A DNA stretch of 64,000 nt from contig CM082594.2 of NCBI GenBank assembly GCA_040954595.2, forward strand, positions 3,457,319-3,521,318. Reading direction: 5' to 3'. Under the pieces are notes generated by a model. That model worked only from the letters and a program-made list of their open reading frames with translations, had not been told where the DNA came from and did no database searches. The position numbers and the translations under genes are program-made. Each line of letters starts with the position of its first letter. Positions within the stretch are counted from its first letter, which is position 1. Source of the stretch: Balanoglossus misakiensis. Its lineage: Eukaryota; Animalia; Hemichordata. Shown piece by piece: positions 23,501-36,800 of this stretch.

Positions 23501-26500
23501 TGAGGCCCAGAAGCTAAAGTGTTTCCTGGTAACTTCACCGACATGCCGTATCTCCAATGGTATGCATTACATGCAGTGTCACATATTTCAACTCCTAATC
23601 CTGGTTACTGCAGATCAACGGTGGTACAGAAAACGGCCATCAAACCTAAATTACTTTCCTGTAAAAGTAAAAGAACAAGACATGCAAGTTAGAGGATATG
23701 ATTTGAAGACAGCTAGGTCAAAGTATTTTGAAAGCTGTTCAAAAGCCACATAAGCTGCTATTTTGTTGTCGCCATTGTGCCACAGTAATTAATTCTTCAC
23801 TGGGAATCAGGCCAGACAAGCAACACATTTTCTGGTCAATGACCGTCTGACTGCTTAATAACTGGAACTTGAGACCTCTCCCTCCACCTCCCTGCATAGG
23901 AAACAATTCAAGCCCAAAACGCAATAAACATATACATGAAAGGGCAACGCAAGGGTAGCAAGGTGGCATTTATAGTGGCAGAAACCTATTGATTCAAGCT
24001 GACATTTTGTTATCGTGCCAACTGCAAACAGATTAGATTCAGAGATCACGCTGTTTGCAGTAAGTTCAGTTTACCCTTTCGGGTATCGCTTGATACCATG
24101 GTAATGACACCAGCCATAACTCTATTTGATTACTCAATACAGTCGCATTGATAAAATTGCTGTGATATTGATTTAACGTCAAAAGGTATTTTTTCACCTC
24201 ACACATTCTACAATTAATCAGATTGGACGAATTATTAGCTTCTTGAAGTGTTGTACAGCACATTCACATTCTCCCGGCAAGTTTTTGTAAGTGATACCAG
24301 GAAGTAATTTTATTTTTTTTCTCATTTACATGTCTCCAGCTGGTAAGCACTATATGCTGATCAGAAAATGTCGAGATGAAAGAATGCCATGTGACACATC
24401 CACCCACCATGATGAACAATTTTCAAGATTCTAGAGCAATTTTTACTTTCAATTTCAAAATCTCAGAAAAAAGCCTGCCTGAAAGGGCCAGTGCATATAA
24501 CTTCTGACAACTTTTATTCTGTACTTTATCTTAATGAAAGCTTTTTATTTCAACCTCCAAATGCCATAAAAACACCCAACATTGAGCTTGTGACATTTTC
24601 AATAAAATGCTTGCAGGCAGAATACCGTAATCGTTATCAACAACTGATTTATGGACAAATGTTGTTCAGTAACTAAAGGATATTGTCAAAATTTACAGCC
24701 GATGCAACCAAATCATATTCACTTTTACTTTTGTCACTGAAACTCTGGCTTCGCACCAATGCTTGCATTAACTCAGGTACATTTGATTCAAATATACCAA
24801 TAGGGCAACATTTGGCCAAGTATAACTGTGCCAGACTAGTGTTTCCCAAGGAGTAGGCTGAATACAGTGTATGTGCCAGAGCAGTGGAGACCCCTGTCTG
24901 CACAATCTGATTTACTATGTTGAGGTAGGGGACTTGGGCAAAATCACTCATTTACAACAATACACATCGATTACAAGTATGCAGTATAGGGAGAGTTGAT
25001 AGTTTTAAAATGAAATTGAATAAAACAGGAAATAAACCAGAGGGGTTTCCCCACATTTTTTCTACATACAAAAAACAGCCATTACAGCCATAATCACATC
25101 TACCGACTGTAAAAGTTAATCCACACTTTTTATTGATGATAAGATAAATCGACCAATTGACCCGCCAACATTACCACCTCACACTAACCCACAGCCAGTG
25201 AATTCATGAAAAGGGGGGAAATCGTACCCATGTCAAGTCAAGTGGTTCCAAAAGGTTATATTCACTGATCCCATTACATTTACATTTCAAATTGGCCGAG
25301 TTGCTCACAATAGCTGAATTGTGTGTGCTTGTAAAGCAATCTGTCAAGCAAAACCTGCATGGCACTGTCTTGAATTACAACCTTGTGCTCCATTGTTGTC
25401 AAGGTATGGGGTTGTGCCCATGAACAGGTTGAACCAACAAGAATGTTTAGCCTCATTACTCTGAGAGTTTAACTGTGTAAAAACTTGGAGATAAAAAGTT
25501 AGATTTCCACCAAAATGTTTATTGGGTTTTTAAGGTTATCCCTTTTTAAATGTCGGTTGCTGATATGAATTAGTGAATTTGCCACGATTAGAAGTAGAAA
25601 TATGGTTGCTGTATCATTGAAAAGAACAAATTTGACTGGAATCAAACAGGTGACACTTTTGACAACAAAATGGGAAGCAATGTGCATTACCCTCGTTGAA
25701 TAAAGAAAGAGGAACAACATTTCTCACGCATAAACATTACCAGCAAACACAAAAACGCCCAAGCAATAAAAGGTTTTTAACTTACTCCTTCCATCAAGGT
25801 CAGTGCGTTGGAAATTTTGGAGAAAGTAGTCTTCATTATAACCTTGGCATTCAACAGAAGCAGTGACTTCCATTTCCTGAGAATAAAAAAATGAAAATTA
25901 ATTATATCATATTTTACAGCAAATCTGTGTGGACACAATTCCAATGGAGGGAGTATGCAAATCATGAAAAAGTGATATTTAGTAAAAGAAACAAGAAATG
26001 CCAGTCCCTGTTCAATATCATAATCTTTGTGTGGTAAATGTTTTTTCCAGGTTTCATCAAATTAATACACCTTTCTGGATATTTGCTCAATTTGCATCAA
26101 GTTTAATTATGCATATTAGCACAGCAGAATCACCTATTGTTTAGTGCAATCACATCTTTGTATACCTGGTATTTTCAGCAGAGGTTAAATGTAGCATGAC
26201 CCAATTTTCCAATAAACTCCTAATTCTGATAGGGAGAAAATACAATGTACCTGCAGTCCTCTGATATTGAATGTAACATCAGCCATTTTCATTTGAGCAA
26301 AACGAAAATGTCAAATTCGGGAAAAGAAGGGAGTGGCAAATTCGTGGAAACAATTACTTTGTTCCTTCTCGTCTTACTAAACACTCGGATTAGGTTTTGG
26401 TTTTTCTTGGCACAGCGGAGCAACAGTTCAGCTGGCTGGAAATAATTAGAACCATGTCTCCATGGCTATTGAAATTACGGTCAATTTGCTCGACAATTTG

Positions 26501-26679
26501 GTTGCATACACTGGTATGCCCTGTTTCAATTCATGACATTCAAAAAATGCAATGTACAATAATGCTGTAATCATGCCTGTTTTCCTAAATTACTAGCATC
26601 AAGAAATTGCCATTGCCTCAATTTAAAATGAAATAATGCCAATTCCATAACAGGGGTGCCCCCATCAAGATATTGACGA

Positions 26680-26810
26680 CAGTCAAACCTGTCTATAGTG
26701 GCCAGTCAAGGGACTTTCCTAAACTGGCCTTTTTTAGACAGGTGGCCTTAATATAGAGGTTAATTTATACACATGTAAATTGCACAGGGACTGTAACAAA
26801 GTGGCCACTA
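26680..26810. mobile_element. Partial Tc1/mariner-type MITE (CAGTCAAACC end), inverted relative to the 39290 copy
   Basis: cagtcaaacctgtctatagtggccagtcaagggactttcctaaactggcc...gcacagggactgtaacaaagtggcca is the reverse complement of sequence at ~39345-39470. Confidence 0.7.
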
Positions 26811-27828
26811 TATTGACTAGTTTAGAAAATATTTATCAATATACTTTGAAACATTTTTCTTAGTTGTAAATGCCAAACAGGACTCAAGGCATGGACAAAC
26901 ACTGACGATGACTTTTAAAATTCCAACATGGCAGCTGTCAGCCAACAACTCTCAAGGGGATTATTTGTTGCGAAATATTGCAGTTAAAGGTCACATATTA
27001 GGTTATGACCCCATATTTACCAGTTTGATATGTATCTGGTTAAATATGATCAGGTCACCTGAAAAAAAAGAAGTGGTCTGAAGAAATACAGAATGTGGAT
27101 ATTAGTAACAAGTCATTGTCAATGGCACAGTCTCCACTAGATTAATAGCTTCAGAAAAGTAACTGTGGAGGAGTTCCATGTCAAAGTGAAAATATAATAT
27201 CAAAAAGGGGTGGGGTAGACAAACATGGTTTTAAAGGAGCAAAATTGCAATTTATTGATTTTGATCAGGTTTGTTGCGTCAGAAATATTGTCAGTTTCTT
27301 CCCTGTGTGAATTTGCGGCACAAAATGACAGGATGTCACTGAACTAGTATACTCAGTCAATAATTGTTGCTTTTTGTACAAGCGGACACACCGTACATTA
27401 ATTGTACTAAAGCAAGCAAGTTTAAACAGCTGTCAAATCCAACCATACCTGTCTATAGCCTCTCAATAAATTATTAATATGCTTTTCCTGCTTCTTGAGG
27501 GCAGCACACAAGTGTCAAAGTAAGTAAGGTACAGTACACTTCCCATAACTAGCATGGCTGTACCATTAGAATTACTGTGTGTATAACACCATCCCCATCA
27601 CTTTTCCAAATACCAACTTAATAACTGCAATGAGGATTTTTCTACCGGACACAGAGCAAATTCTAGATATATGCTACAATTCTGACAGCTACCATGCTCT
27701 CGGATGTGCACTTTGCCTGCAGGTACTGGACTGAACACACAGCACACCATCCCCATCACTACAACTATTTATACTGTCAATATAAAGCTTTTGAAGTATG
27801 CTTATACAAATAAGAATTACAGCCACAA

Positions 27829-30800
27829 TTATATATATTCAGCTGTAAATTGTACCAGACATCGCAGCTGTAAATAGTAATAGACATCAAAGACAGCAAA
27901 ATTATTTATGAATTTACACAAACGCACACAAGACACACACACCGGCAGTGGTACAACAACTTGTGTGTACTCATCAGATTGACTGGGGTGTGCTAATAAT
28001 AGAAAACCTCCACAATATAAACTAAGCCTTGACACGACCCTGTAGTACGGAGGTCAGCTACAGCAAAGACTGCACTTGTTGCAACAGGGCACAGGTTTGT
28101 GACATGCTGTAGAACAGTCCTGGTGTTGTGTGACAATTTTCTGTCTTTACCTACACTGGTATGTACAGGGCTGTATTATAAAGTGGTACAAGACCTATGA
28201 CAGGGGCTGCAGACTTTTTTGTGTAAACACAAAATTTCAGAACTGTTTTCACTTCCATCAAAACTGCCTGTTACAGGCGCTGATCAGCTGCTGTACTTAC
28301 TGTACTAATCTACATCACGTGATGAAGAGTCACTGGTATATTATAATTTTACAGAACAACAGAGAACGTTATCTGACACTATAAAATAATTTGGTAAGTT
28401 TTTTGACTGCTCCAGTAGTATATTTAAACATAGACTATCTCACAGCCCAGGGCTTGCTACAAGGCTCTTCGCTGACGCGCCCTCAACCGTTTAGCAAAGG
28501 AGACCATGAGCCTGCATGGATGGTGAGAGGGGCTGTGAGAGAGTCTAATTTAAACAACATTGATGCCTTACTCCTCATTGCAGAATATTTCACAGGTTGT
28601 TAGCTTTGGGGCTATCACTTTCCCGCCACAGAACATGAAAATGTACCATTCTCTGCCACACACTTTACACACACAGTTGATCAATAGTGAACAGCTATCG
28701 TACCTTATTCAGCAAAGCGGTGTCGGGAACAGAGATGACATCATCACAGTCGCCATCCTGACTTGGTGGCAACGCTTTGCAGCTGTCTGTCGTTGAGACT
28801 CTATCAGATTGGCCCTCTTTCCCCTCATCCAGTCCTTTATACATCATTCTTTCCTGTTGGTATAAAAACAGGGAAAAAATTAAATAGAGTTGGCCACTTT
28901 ATGATCACTGTGTTTCCTAGCTAACATCCTAGCATGTTCACTTGTGTGAGTTTGCCAGTTTACCAGTACCATCACACCCGGCAATTATGCTGAACCTTGA
29001 ATCTCAATCTGAAGCTCATGACTTACCAACCACATACAACAAAACTTTTAGCTTTAAAATCCAGTGCACATGTTCGCAATGTGCACATGTACATGCGTGG
29101 CCACATATCTGCATGTGCACATGCACTATACATTGCCTGGCACATGGTACTTAATACCCTTTCGTATTTTACAGAAAAGGACCGAGCCATCAACACTTCA
29201 CACAATGTGCAAGTGACACCCCCTAAAGTTACATTGTAATGTATCTATTTTGAAAGCAAGGTCGTTGCTTCACTGTACTGTTTTGTATGAGAACTTGGCG
29301 AATACCACAAATGAAGCCATTACAGCTCGAGTAGAGAGATCAAGAAGGAAAGTATCTTACAAAATACGGCGAGTATCTGATGAAGTCAACCGACGTCGAT
29401 GCACATCTCTCGGTCTTTTGGGCGGATTCATACTTCCATGAATAGGGAAGATCCGGCATTTCCATACTTTCTTCCGCGTACATGTTCGCCCTGGAAAAGT
29501 TCATTCTCCTTCGAAAGGCAAACATGTTCAGGCCATTGCATTTTTCCCTACTGCAGCATCCGATTACCAGTATTATCACAACTACTAGAATCAGGGCTCC
29601 CGCTACCACCCCTACCACTGTAGTTATCCGTTGGAATTCTTCTTTGTCTGAAAAAGTGAAAGCCCCAGAGTGATCACATGGCATTTCACCAAAACACTTC
29701 CTGTCATATTCCCTATGTTAACCTTTTGCACCTGATGTCTTGCTGACATTGTGCAATTTTTTTAGTCTACAAGCAGGTTAAAACGACCTGTAAAACTGCA
29801 CATACGAATAGCAGGGGAGTCACTTAAAATCCAGTTATCCATAATAATTCTGTGTCATAATATAAATTGACGGCTGAATAAAAACAATAGTTTTCTCTCT
29901 ATTATTAAGTCTATCAATCTTTCCTTCTGTTTTTTTTCAGAAAAGAAGACAATGGAGTATGAAAGATTAAACAACTGGAGTTCATCCCGGCAAGTTCCAG
30001 ATCTGCAAATATGTAAACCATAGTGATGGCTCATTTACACATGACATATACAGACAGGAAAAAAACACCATTTCCCTCTTCTTTATAGAAGAAATATTGC
30101 CTCGAGAGCAACATATATACTACTTACCAATATCATCATTGTCAATAAATATTTCACAATTTGTACCTCCATATCCAATGTCACATCTGGAAATAAATTA
30201 TTACAGCATGTTCATTTTTGACTCTTTATGATGGGGGATCAGTTATTCAAAATTTCAACAAATCAGATAAAAGATTATGCTATCACAAAGTATTTTCCTC
30301 TGGCTAAAATAATACCTATGTATGGATTTGAAGAACTTGGATGTGCTGAAATGTTTTTGTTTTTTTGTGTGTGTGCAAAAATGGTCACTTTAAAAAGACT
30401 CTCTACTCTAAATTCGCTTACTTGCATGAAGGTTTTGGTTGGCCGTCACTGTAATCAGGTAAACATGTTCCTCCATTCTGACAGAAGTCTTGCGAACAAA
30501 TGGCTGTTTGGGAGAAAAACAATGAATAATGTCACAACAAGCTTGTTGCTAAACAATCAAATAGAGCAAATATGTATTAAGGTCGGCTTACAATGAACTC
30601 AAATGGACCATCCACAGAGGAGAAATAATTGTAGGGCCTGTAAGTAAAAACTAGACTATAGGCAGTCCTACATAAATTCACAAACGTACGGATAGCTCTG
30701 TGTACAGGTCTGTGTGTTCCCGGAAACACACAGATAGTACGCAGAGAGAAGGCAGAGCCCCAGAGCAGATGGTAACAGGCAATATATGATTCAAGTCATA

Positions 30801-31513
30801 CATTTACTATAATTCAGATATCCTACATGATCAACGCGACTGTTAACTTGTGGCAAACGTCGTAACTCGCAGCTAGGCTCTTCAGCAGTCCGCCCGCAAA
30901 GTTGGTGACATTTGACACAGCGGAATACCCACAGTCCTTTGCGCGACCATCAACTTTCAAAAACTTTTTTCACACGCATGAGCAGTTAGCAGGGCATGTA
31001 CAATACATTGTCCTTTATGTTTGAGTTGCAGTATTTCCCGAAGTCGTACCACCCTCCCTTCCCAAGGCATGGTCGTGATCAGTCGATGATTTGGGTAAAG
31101 ATAGCACCATGACACACGAGTAGAAAATGTATTTCGAGAACTTGTCCGTCATCGAACAGGACGGGGGGACGCGGACAATGCTTTGTGTCAACTTTTCCAA
31201 CCACCCACCTGAGCAAGCTCGTCCAGGCAACTGTGACGTAATTTCCGCCGCATCCAAGTACCCGGATCTGCACCGGCAGGTGTAGGAGCCATTGCTGTTG
31301 ATGCAGTCGGCGTTTAACGAACAACCGTTGCTTTCTTTGGAGGAGCACTCGTTGAAATCTGACGGAAGAACGTGGCAAAAAGAGATTTACTCAGAAGCGC
31401 AGTTGTCAATACCCCACTGCCGTACGTACGGGCGCGAGTGATATAAAGTAACAATTAATTTCTTGACATGTACAGAACGATATGACATAGACAGGCAGGC
31501 AGGCAGACAGACG

Positions 31514-31593
<80 letters not shown>

Positions 31594-33806
31594 TACAATA
31601 GAGAGACAGACAACTACACAGAGATACTTCACCTTTAACGATTATTGATTCTGCATCAACAACGAACCCTCCATCCCCGTTTGTATTGATAGCTTCTTGT
31701 AAACCATTCTTCAGACTATCAATGGAAAGTTGATGGCTGGGGTCGAAAGATAAAACCGACTCGACGATGATGCTACCGGGTAGAAATCGTAATACCTTGC
31801 ACTCAAGGTACGCATCGTGTAATATTGTAGCCTGAAGAATTCTGTTGATCTGTAAAAGAACCAATATTACTATAAATATCCCGTTTCCCTGTTTAGACAT
31901 CCACATCCACCTTTGCCATTGAGCTCAACTTGAGGGGACTGGGCAATTACCATGGTGGTGAAGGGGGTTAAACTTCACTCAGTTCATATAAAACAAACTT
32001 TTGATCGGCCTACTATCCTCATATGCATATAACACGATGATATAACACGACTGGAGATTGGGGGCTGGAAGGGTTTGTTATCGGTAGATCCATGGGGATG
32101 GGAGACAACCGATTTGGTTTTTTTTCCGTTCACCTACATGAACTTTGACATAGATGCACTTACCATATGAACAAAGTAATTATCCAACGTGAGAAACAGT
32201 TCGGAGTACTGATCATTTAAATCCGGGTGGAACCGAACTTCTTCAGCACCGCACTTGTCAACTTTCAGATCAAGACCGAAGTTGAGGGATTCTGCAATTA
32301 AGGAAATAAGCGTGTGTGATTAATACAGACCAGCCTTCAACGGCTCCGCAGACGTGAGACGCGGTTGCTGCGGTACTTCTGTTTGTCGCGGTGGGAAATG
32401 CATGTGCTATGTAAGTTCATTGGTCAGCACTGCCAAACTTAGAACTGTGCCCTATACTACTCAGCTACTGTAACAATAACTCGATTTTCCCTTCTCTTGT
32501 TCTCAATAAAATCCCCTTGTCTCTTTCTCAATACAATCACTCCTTTCTGCCTCAACTCTGCGAATATACCAGTTATTACCTGATTCAGACACGTTCACTG
32601 TGGGTTTCATCATTTGTGAATTTCTATTTCCCCTTGCAGCGCAGCGCAGTAGAAGCCTCTTTATTTCTTCTCTGTTGGCAACATCTGGAGGCGCATCCTC
32701 GTCGGCATCACCGATCGAAATTCGGCCTTTGTTATTTTCCTTTCCATCTTTCTTGTCGTCGTCGGGTATTATTCCCCAGCCAGAGCCAGAACCGGAGTAA
32801 TCTTCCTCCTCGTTATTTCGGGTGGCGGCGAGAAAACTGGCGTCCGACCCCGTGATCATTTCCTCGCCGTCGGGTGTTGCTTCGCGCGTGGGACTCAAAC
32901 CGAACTCCCACCCTTTGGCTTTCTTCTCGCCGTCTCCGGATCCGTCCGATCCGTCTCCCGATTCGCCGTCCGAGTCGAACTCCGTGGTCGTTTCCCGCGT
33001 TGAAAATATGCCGGGGTTCGAAAACGGCGTTGTCGGACTCCAAGAGCTGCTAACTGGCTGCGATACTTGGTGATCCCAGGGTGTCGAAGCCAGGGTGATT
33101 CCATCGCTCGTCGTGGCGTTCCGTTCATACCTGACCGGCGCCGATGTCGCCAAAAGCGACGGGAGTGAGCTCAGTGTCCGCCTTCCCTTATTTCTCTTGG
33201 GCGTATTACTCAGAGGGTGCAGTGGTTTGCGCAACCTTGACGGTCTTCTCCTAATTCTTTCAGTAGGTCTGATTTCATTTGCGAGTGCTACGGGCACAGT
33301 TGTGGCCGTGAGTGCGTCTTGGTCGCCTCCAAGCACATTACGCCTTCTACGAGACAGTGCCACACCGACCTTAGCTACAGGACTTTCTCCATTTTCCGCA
33401 TTCTGGATTGTTAAATCCTCTGGGGAAAAATACACAAGTGTAAAACTAAGCATGACTTTTGGCTTTGATTTTCTTGTTCTACTCGATCGTCACGAGTCAT
33501 AAAACAACCCCACCCAGTACTTGTCGAGCTTGATATATCCCAAGCAAGTTTAATTGGCAACACAACTAAAAAAAAAACGGTAATCAACCAATTACTGAAA
33601 TAAAAAATAAACATTTTAACAGGACGATAGCAGAGAACAATCTTACCTTGTTGGGAAGGTCGTTTTCCCGTTGACCCGGGAATTCTGTTATTGAGGACCA
33701 CTAGAGCCAAAGACCCAGGCTGTCGTTGATCGCCATCACAAACCACGCTGACGGCGACAAACAGTGCGATCAGACCAGGGAACAAAAGAAAATCGACTGG
33801 ACGCAT
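27829..33806 (-). CDS. Type-I membrane mucin/proteoglycan-like protein: signal peptide, S/T and Ser-Gly region, SEA, cbEGF, EGF, TM, cytoplasmic tail (~700 aa)
   Basis: Exons with consistent phases: 33806-33647 (signal MRPVDFLLFPGLIALFVAVSVVC), 33419-32580, 32291-32164 and 31849-31633 (SEA, FLPGSIIV), 31358-31209 (DFNEC...CINSNGSYTCRC...LPGRAC), 30503-30422 and 30186-30128 (CSQDFCQNGGTC...CKCDIGYGGTNC), 29647-29361 (TM VVGVVAGALILVVVIILVIGCC), 28853-28704. It then either stops at 28695 or uses a tentative last exon 27867-27829. Confidence 0.85.
28422..28556. mobile_element. 117-bp non-autonomous element, TAG...CTA termini, 9-bp TSD
   Basis: atttaaaca|TAGACTATCTCACAGCCC ... GGGCTGTGAGAGAGTCTA|atttaaaca. 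Element 28431-28547. Confidence 0.8.
31488..31592. repeat. (CAGA)n tetranucleotide microsatellite in intron
   Basis: About 25 units of agac/ggac/aggc. Confidence 0.95.
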
Positions 33807-36800
33807 TCTGTAACCGAAACGAGACACCACGGTTGCCTAGAAGAGGGCCGGAAAATCACTGTTTCAGGCACGGTGTCCGTCAAATCAACAAGTTGACATC
33901 AATCGTCTACTGACCAGAAGAAACTGTCGCGGAAAATATCAACGGAAGCAAGCTTCATTTCTTCCTGCAATAGCGTTGATTTCTGGCAACATTCACAGTC
34001 GACTCGTATGCCATAGAAGCCGTCATAGCATGGCGTAACACGTGCACCTGGCTGACTGAACAACAACGGACGCGATTGGCTGCATTGGAATTCCTTCTCC
34101 CTGGGGGCGTTAATTTTGCATAAGGTGCAAATTTCCTTTCACTGTCTGTGTCAAGTAGTCATTTATTCAAAACACACTGTTTTAAATATTGCGAGAATTT
34201 TCTCAACATGCAGGCTTGGCACAGGAAAATAATTTTATGATAAGCGCATGCAAATCCGCGGCCATTACATATACATGCATTGTCAAAAATTGAGAAGACA
34301 ACATACCATGCAATTGTCAAATTAAAAAATAGACTCAGCATTGGAAGTCTTGTGCCCTGGGAAAACAGCTGACGAAACAAAATTTGATCTGCTGGACAAA
34401 AACGCTTGCACAAAACCAGATTGAAAGCAGGTCTTATTTCGCCTATTACTGACATACATATACATGTAAATGCAAGACTAGTAAAATTATCATCATATCT
34501 AAAAAAAAATCCTGTTTCTGTTTGATTGAAATCGGACATTGTATTTGACTGCAGCTTTCATATGCGCTGAATTGCCAGATACGCAGGGCCGGGAACAATC
34601 TGATTAAAATCAGATGTAGGGAACAGCGACGTGTTTTTTTATGCTGTGAGGCGACAGCATAAAAAACACACGTCGCCGTTCCCTACATCCGATTTTAATC
34701 AGATTGGGCCGGGAAATGATGATTGGCCCCAGATTTCTTAGGAAAAGTTTGATGTTCACCGTTGGAGTCAAATTATGTAAGATTATATAACATGGGCTGC
34801 ACACACACAAAAAGCTGGAGAATAGTTCCGTTTTTTATTCCATAAGTTCAGTAAATATATTTCCTTGTTCGCTTTTATGTGACCATATTAAATCCCTACC
34901 CTGGGCCCCTACTTTAGGAATTTGTCACGAATCATTAGGCCCGCGGGGGTGGGGGTGGGACCTGCAACCGTTTTAGTATATTAACTGACAACCCCTACAT
35001 ATACGACCGTCAAACTACAATTACTCTCATTCAAAATGGCAGGCTACACATACACCTGTCTTGCTTGCAACCCCCCTTTGAAAAACTGATCTGTCCCTAT
35101 CTGAAAGTACATCCCTCCAACCAACCAATTATGGAACATTTTCGTGACCCATTTGACCTTTAGATCCCGTCGTTCATTTTTATTTTTTGGGTATGAGTAT
35201 TAACTCCAGAACAGTCAACCTTTTGTGCACTCAGCTTATCCAAGAATGAATTTTGTCTGTGACAAATATTAGGTTTGTAACTTTGAATGGTGTATGATGC
35301 TAACAAGACAGGATGTACATACATGTATAAGGTCACCCAGGGGTCATAAAAGTGGCCTATGTGGTCGGGCAGAGATCTCTTCAATTGCTTTTAAAGGTAT
35401 ACAGTCACCTCTAATTTATGTCCATATATGGCTAAATGGCATGTCTCAGAGTGTGGTGGCGCTTTTTCTCACGTGTCCACCCACTGAAAATATCTGATTG
35501 GCTAGATCTCCACTTCCATGTTAATTAACTGTAGCTGAACACATACTATTATGTTGCAACCAACACAAGTGAAAGGAACATAATATACCTATTTTTTTCT
35601 GGGAAATGCTGAATCACAATAGGGTGGAAGGTGACTGCACTAAACATATACTGATATATGAGACACTGCAGACACAAAGGTATGGACTTGAGGCTTTATT
35701 TATTTGAAGTTGACTGAAAAGAATCCATAAATACACAGATCACCAAAAATAAAATAGAAATTCAAATGAAGTTGCAAGATAGACATACATTGGGACTTTA
35801 TTTGAATGTGACCACTGAAAGTCCACAAAAAACACAGATCATTCAATAATGTTGCGGAAAGATTTAACATTAAAGAGAAATAAATTTATGTGAAGAAATT
35901 TACAGCAGTCCAGTTTTCTATACACAAATAGAAAAACATACAAAAAATAGTTTACTCTCACATATGGTACGCTATGCAGAGACCTTCATTTCTTGAGGGT
36001 CCACGGTTTGTGCAGTGAACTGATGCGGTATTTGCACTGAAACTCGAAACGATCAGAATCATGGATTTGCAAGTTGGTGGTCAAATAGAAATCTGCAGCT
36101 AGGGCATACAACTGAATGGGAACTAATACCTTCACTGTAACACTGGGCGAACAACAAAATGGGAGAATAATATCTGACGAAATTGCAATATTTGTCAGTG
36201 TTGAATTACCATGGTGACAAAAGAAGTCAGGGTGACGGAGCTGGAAGCATTTACTAGAAGTACGGCACACATGAAAAAAGTGCACCTTACATTTATGAAG
36301 AGAAAATCTAAGTACATAAGGGTGCTGGGTACTATGTACCAGTTTGACGTTCCCCCTATTTGGAACCGAATGGAATGATCCACATAGAGATCACATAGTT
36401 TGATAGGTCAAACTACTAGCAGAATAGGGAAGAAATGGCTATAATTCAGAGAGGTGAAAAAAGACTACCCTGAGAAGGTGCAATATTGTGTTTAAAACCT
36501 GAAGATTAGAAACAAGGGTGATCTGTTGTCAAGTTTGGAGTTCACAGAGCTTGAGCCATATCCTGGCATCACCACAGGCCTAGGACGGTAATGTGTGTCA
36601 GCAAACCATAGAAAATTACACTACATGTATTTATATCTTGAGGTTCTATTTTTTGTCTGTGGATAATAGATGCACCACACATACATGCTTGTGTGTGTGC
36701 ACACACATACAAAGGTGATTGAAAAGCTCCTTACTATCTCACACAGGTTGATGCGCCTACACCTCATATAATCCAAGCATACATACAGGTAGCACATTCC

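Noticed and set aside
31387-31648. ORFs with CLSV/RQTD repeats, and similar ones at 16787-17017
   Set aside because: They are translations of (CAGA)n microsatellites in introns.
35391-35640. Possible degraded TTAA MITE (ttaaaggtatacagtcacct ... aggtgactg)
   Set aside because: Only a 9-bp inverted match and no right-hand TTAA, which is too weak to call.
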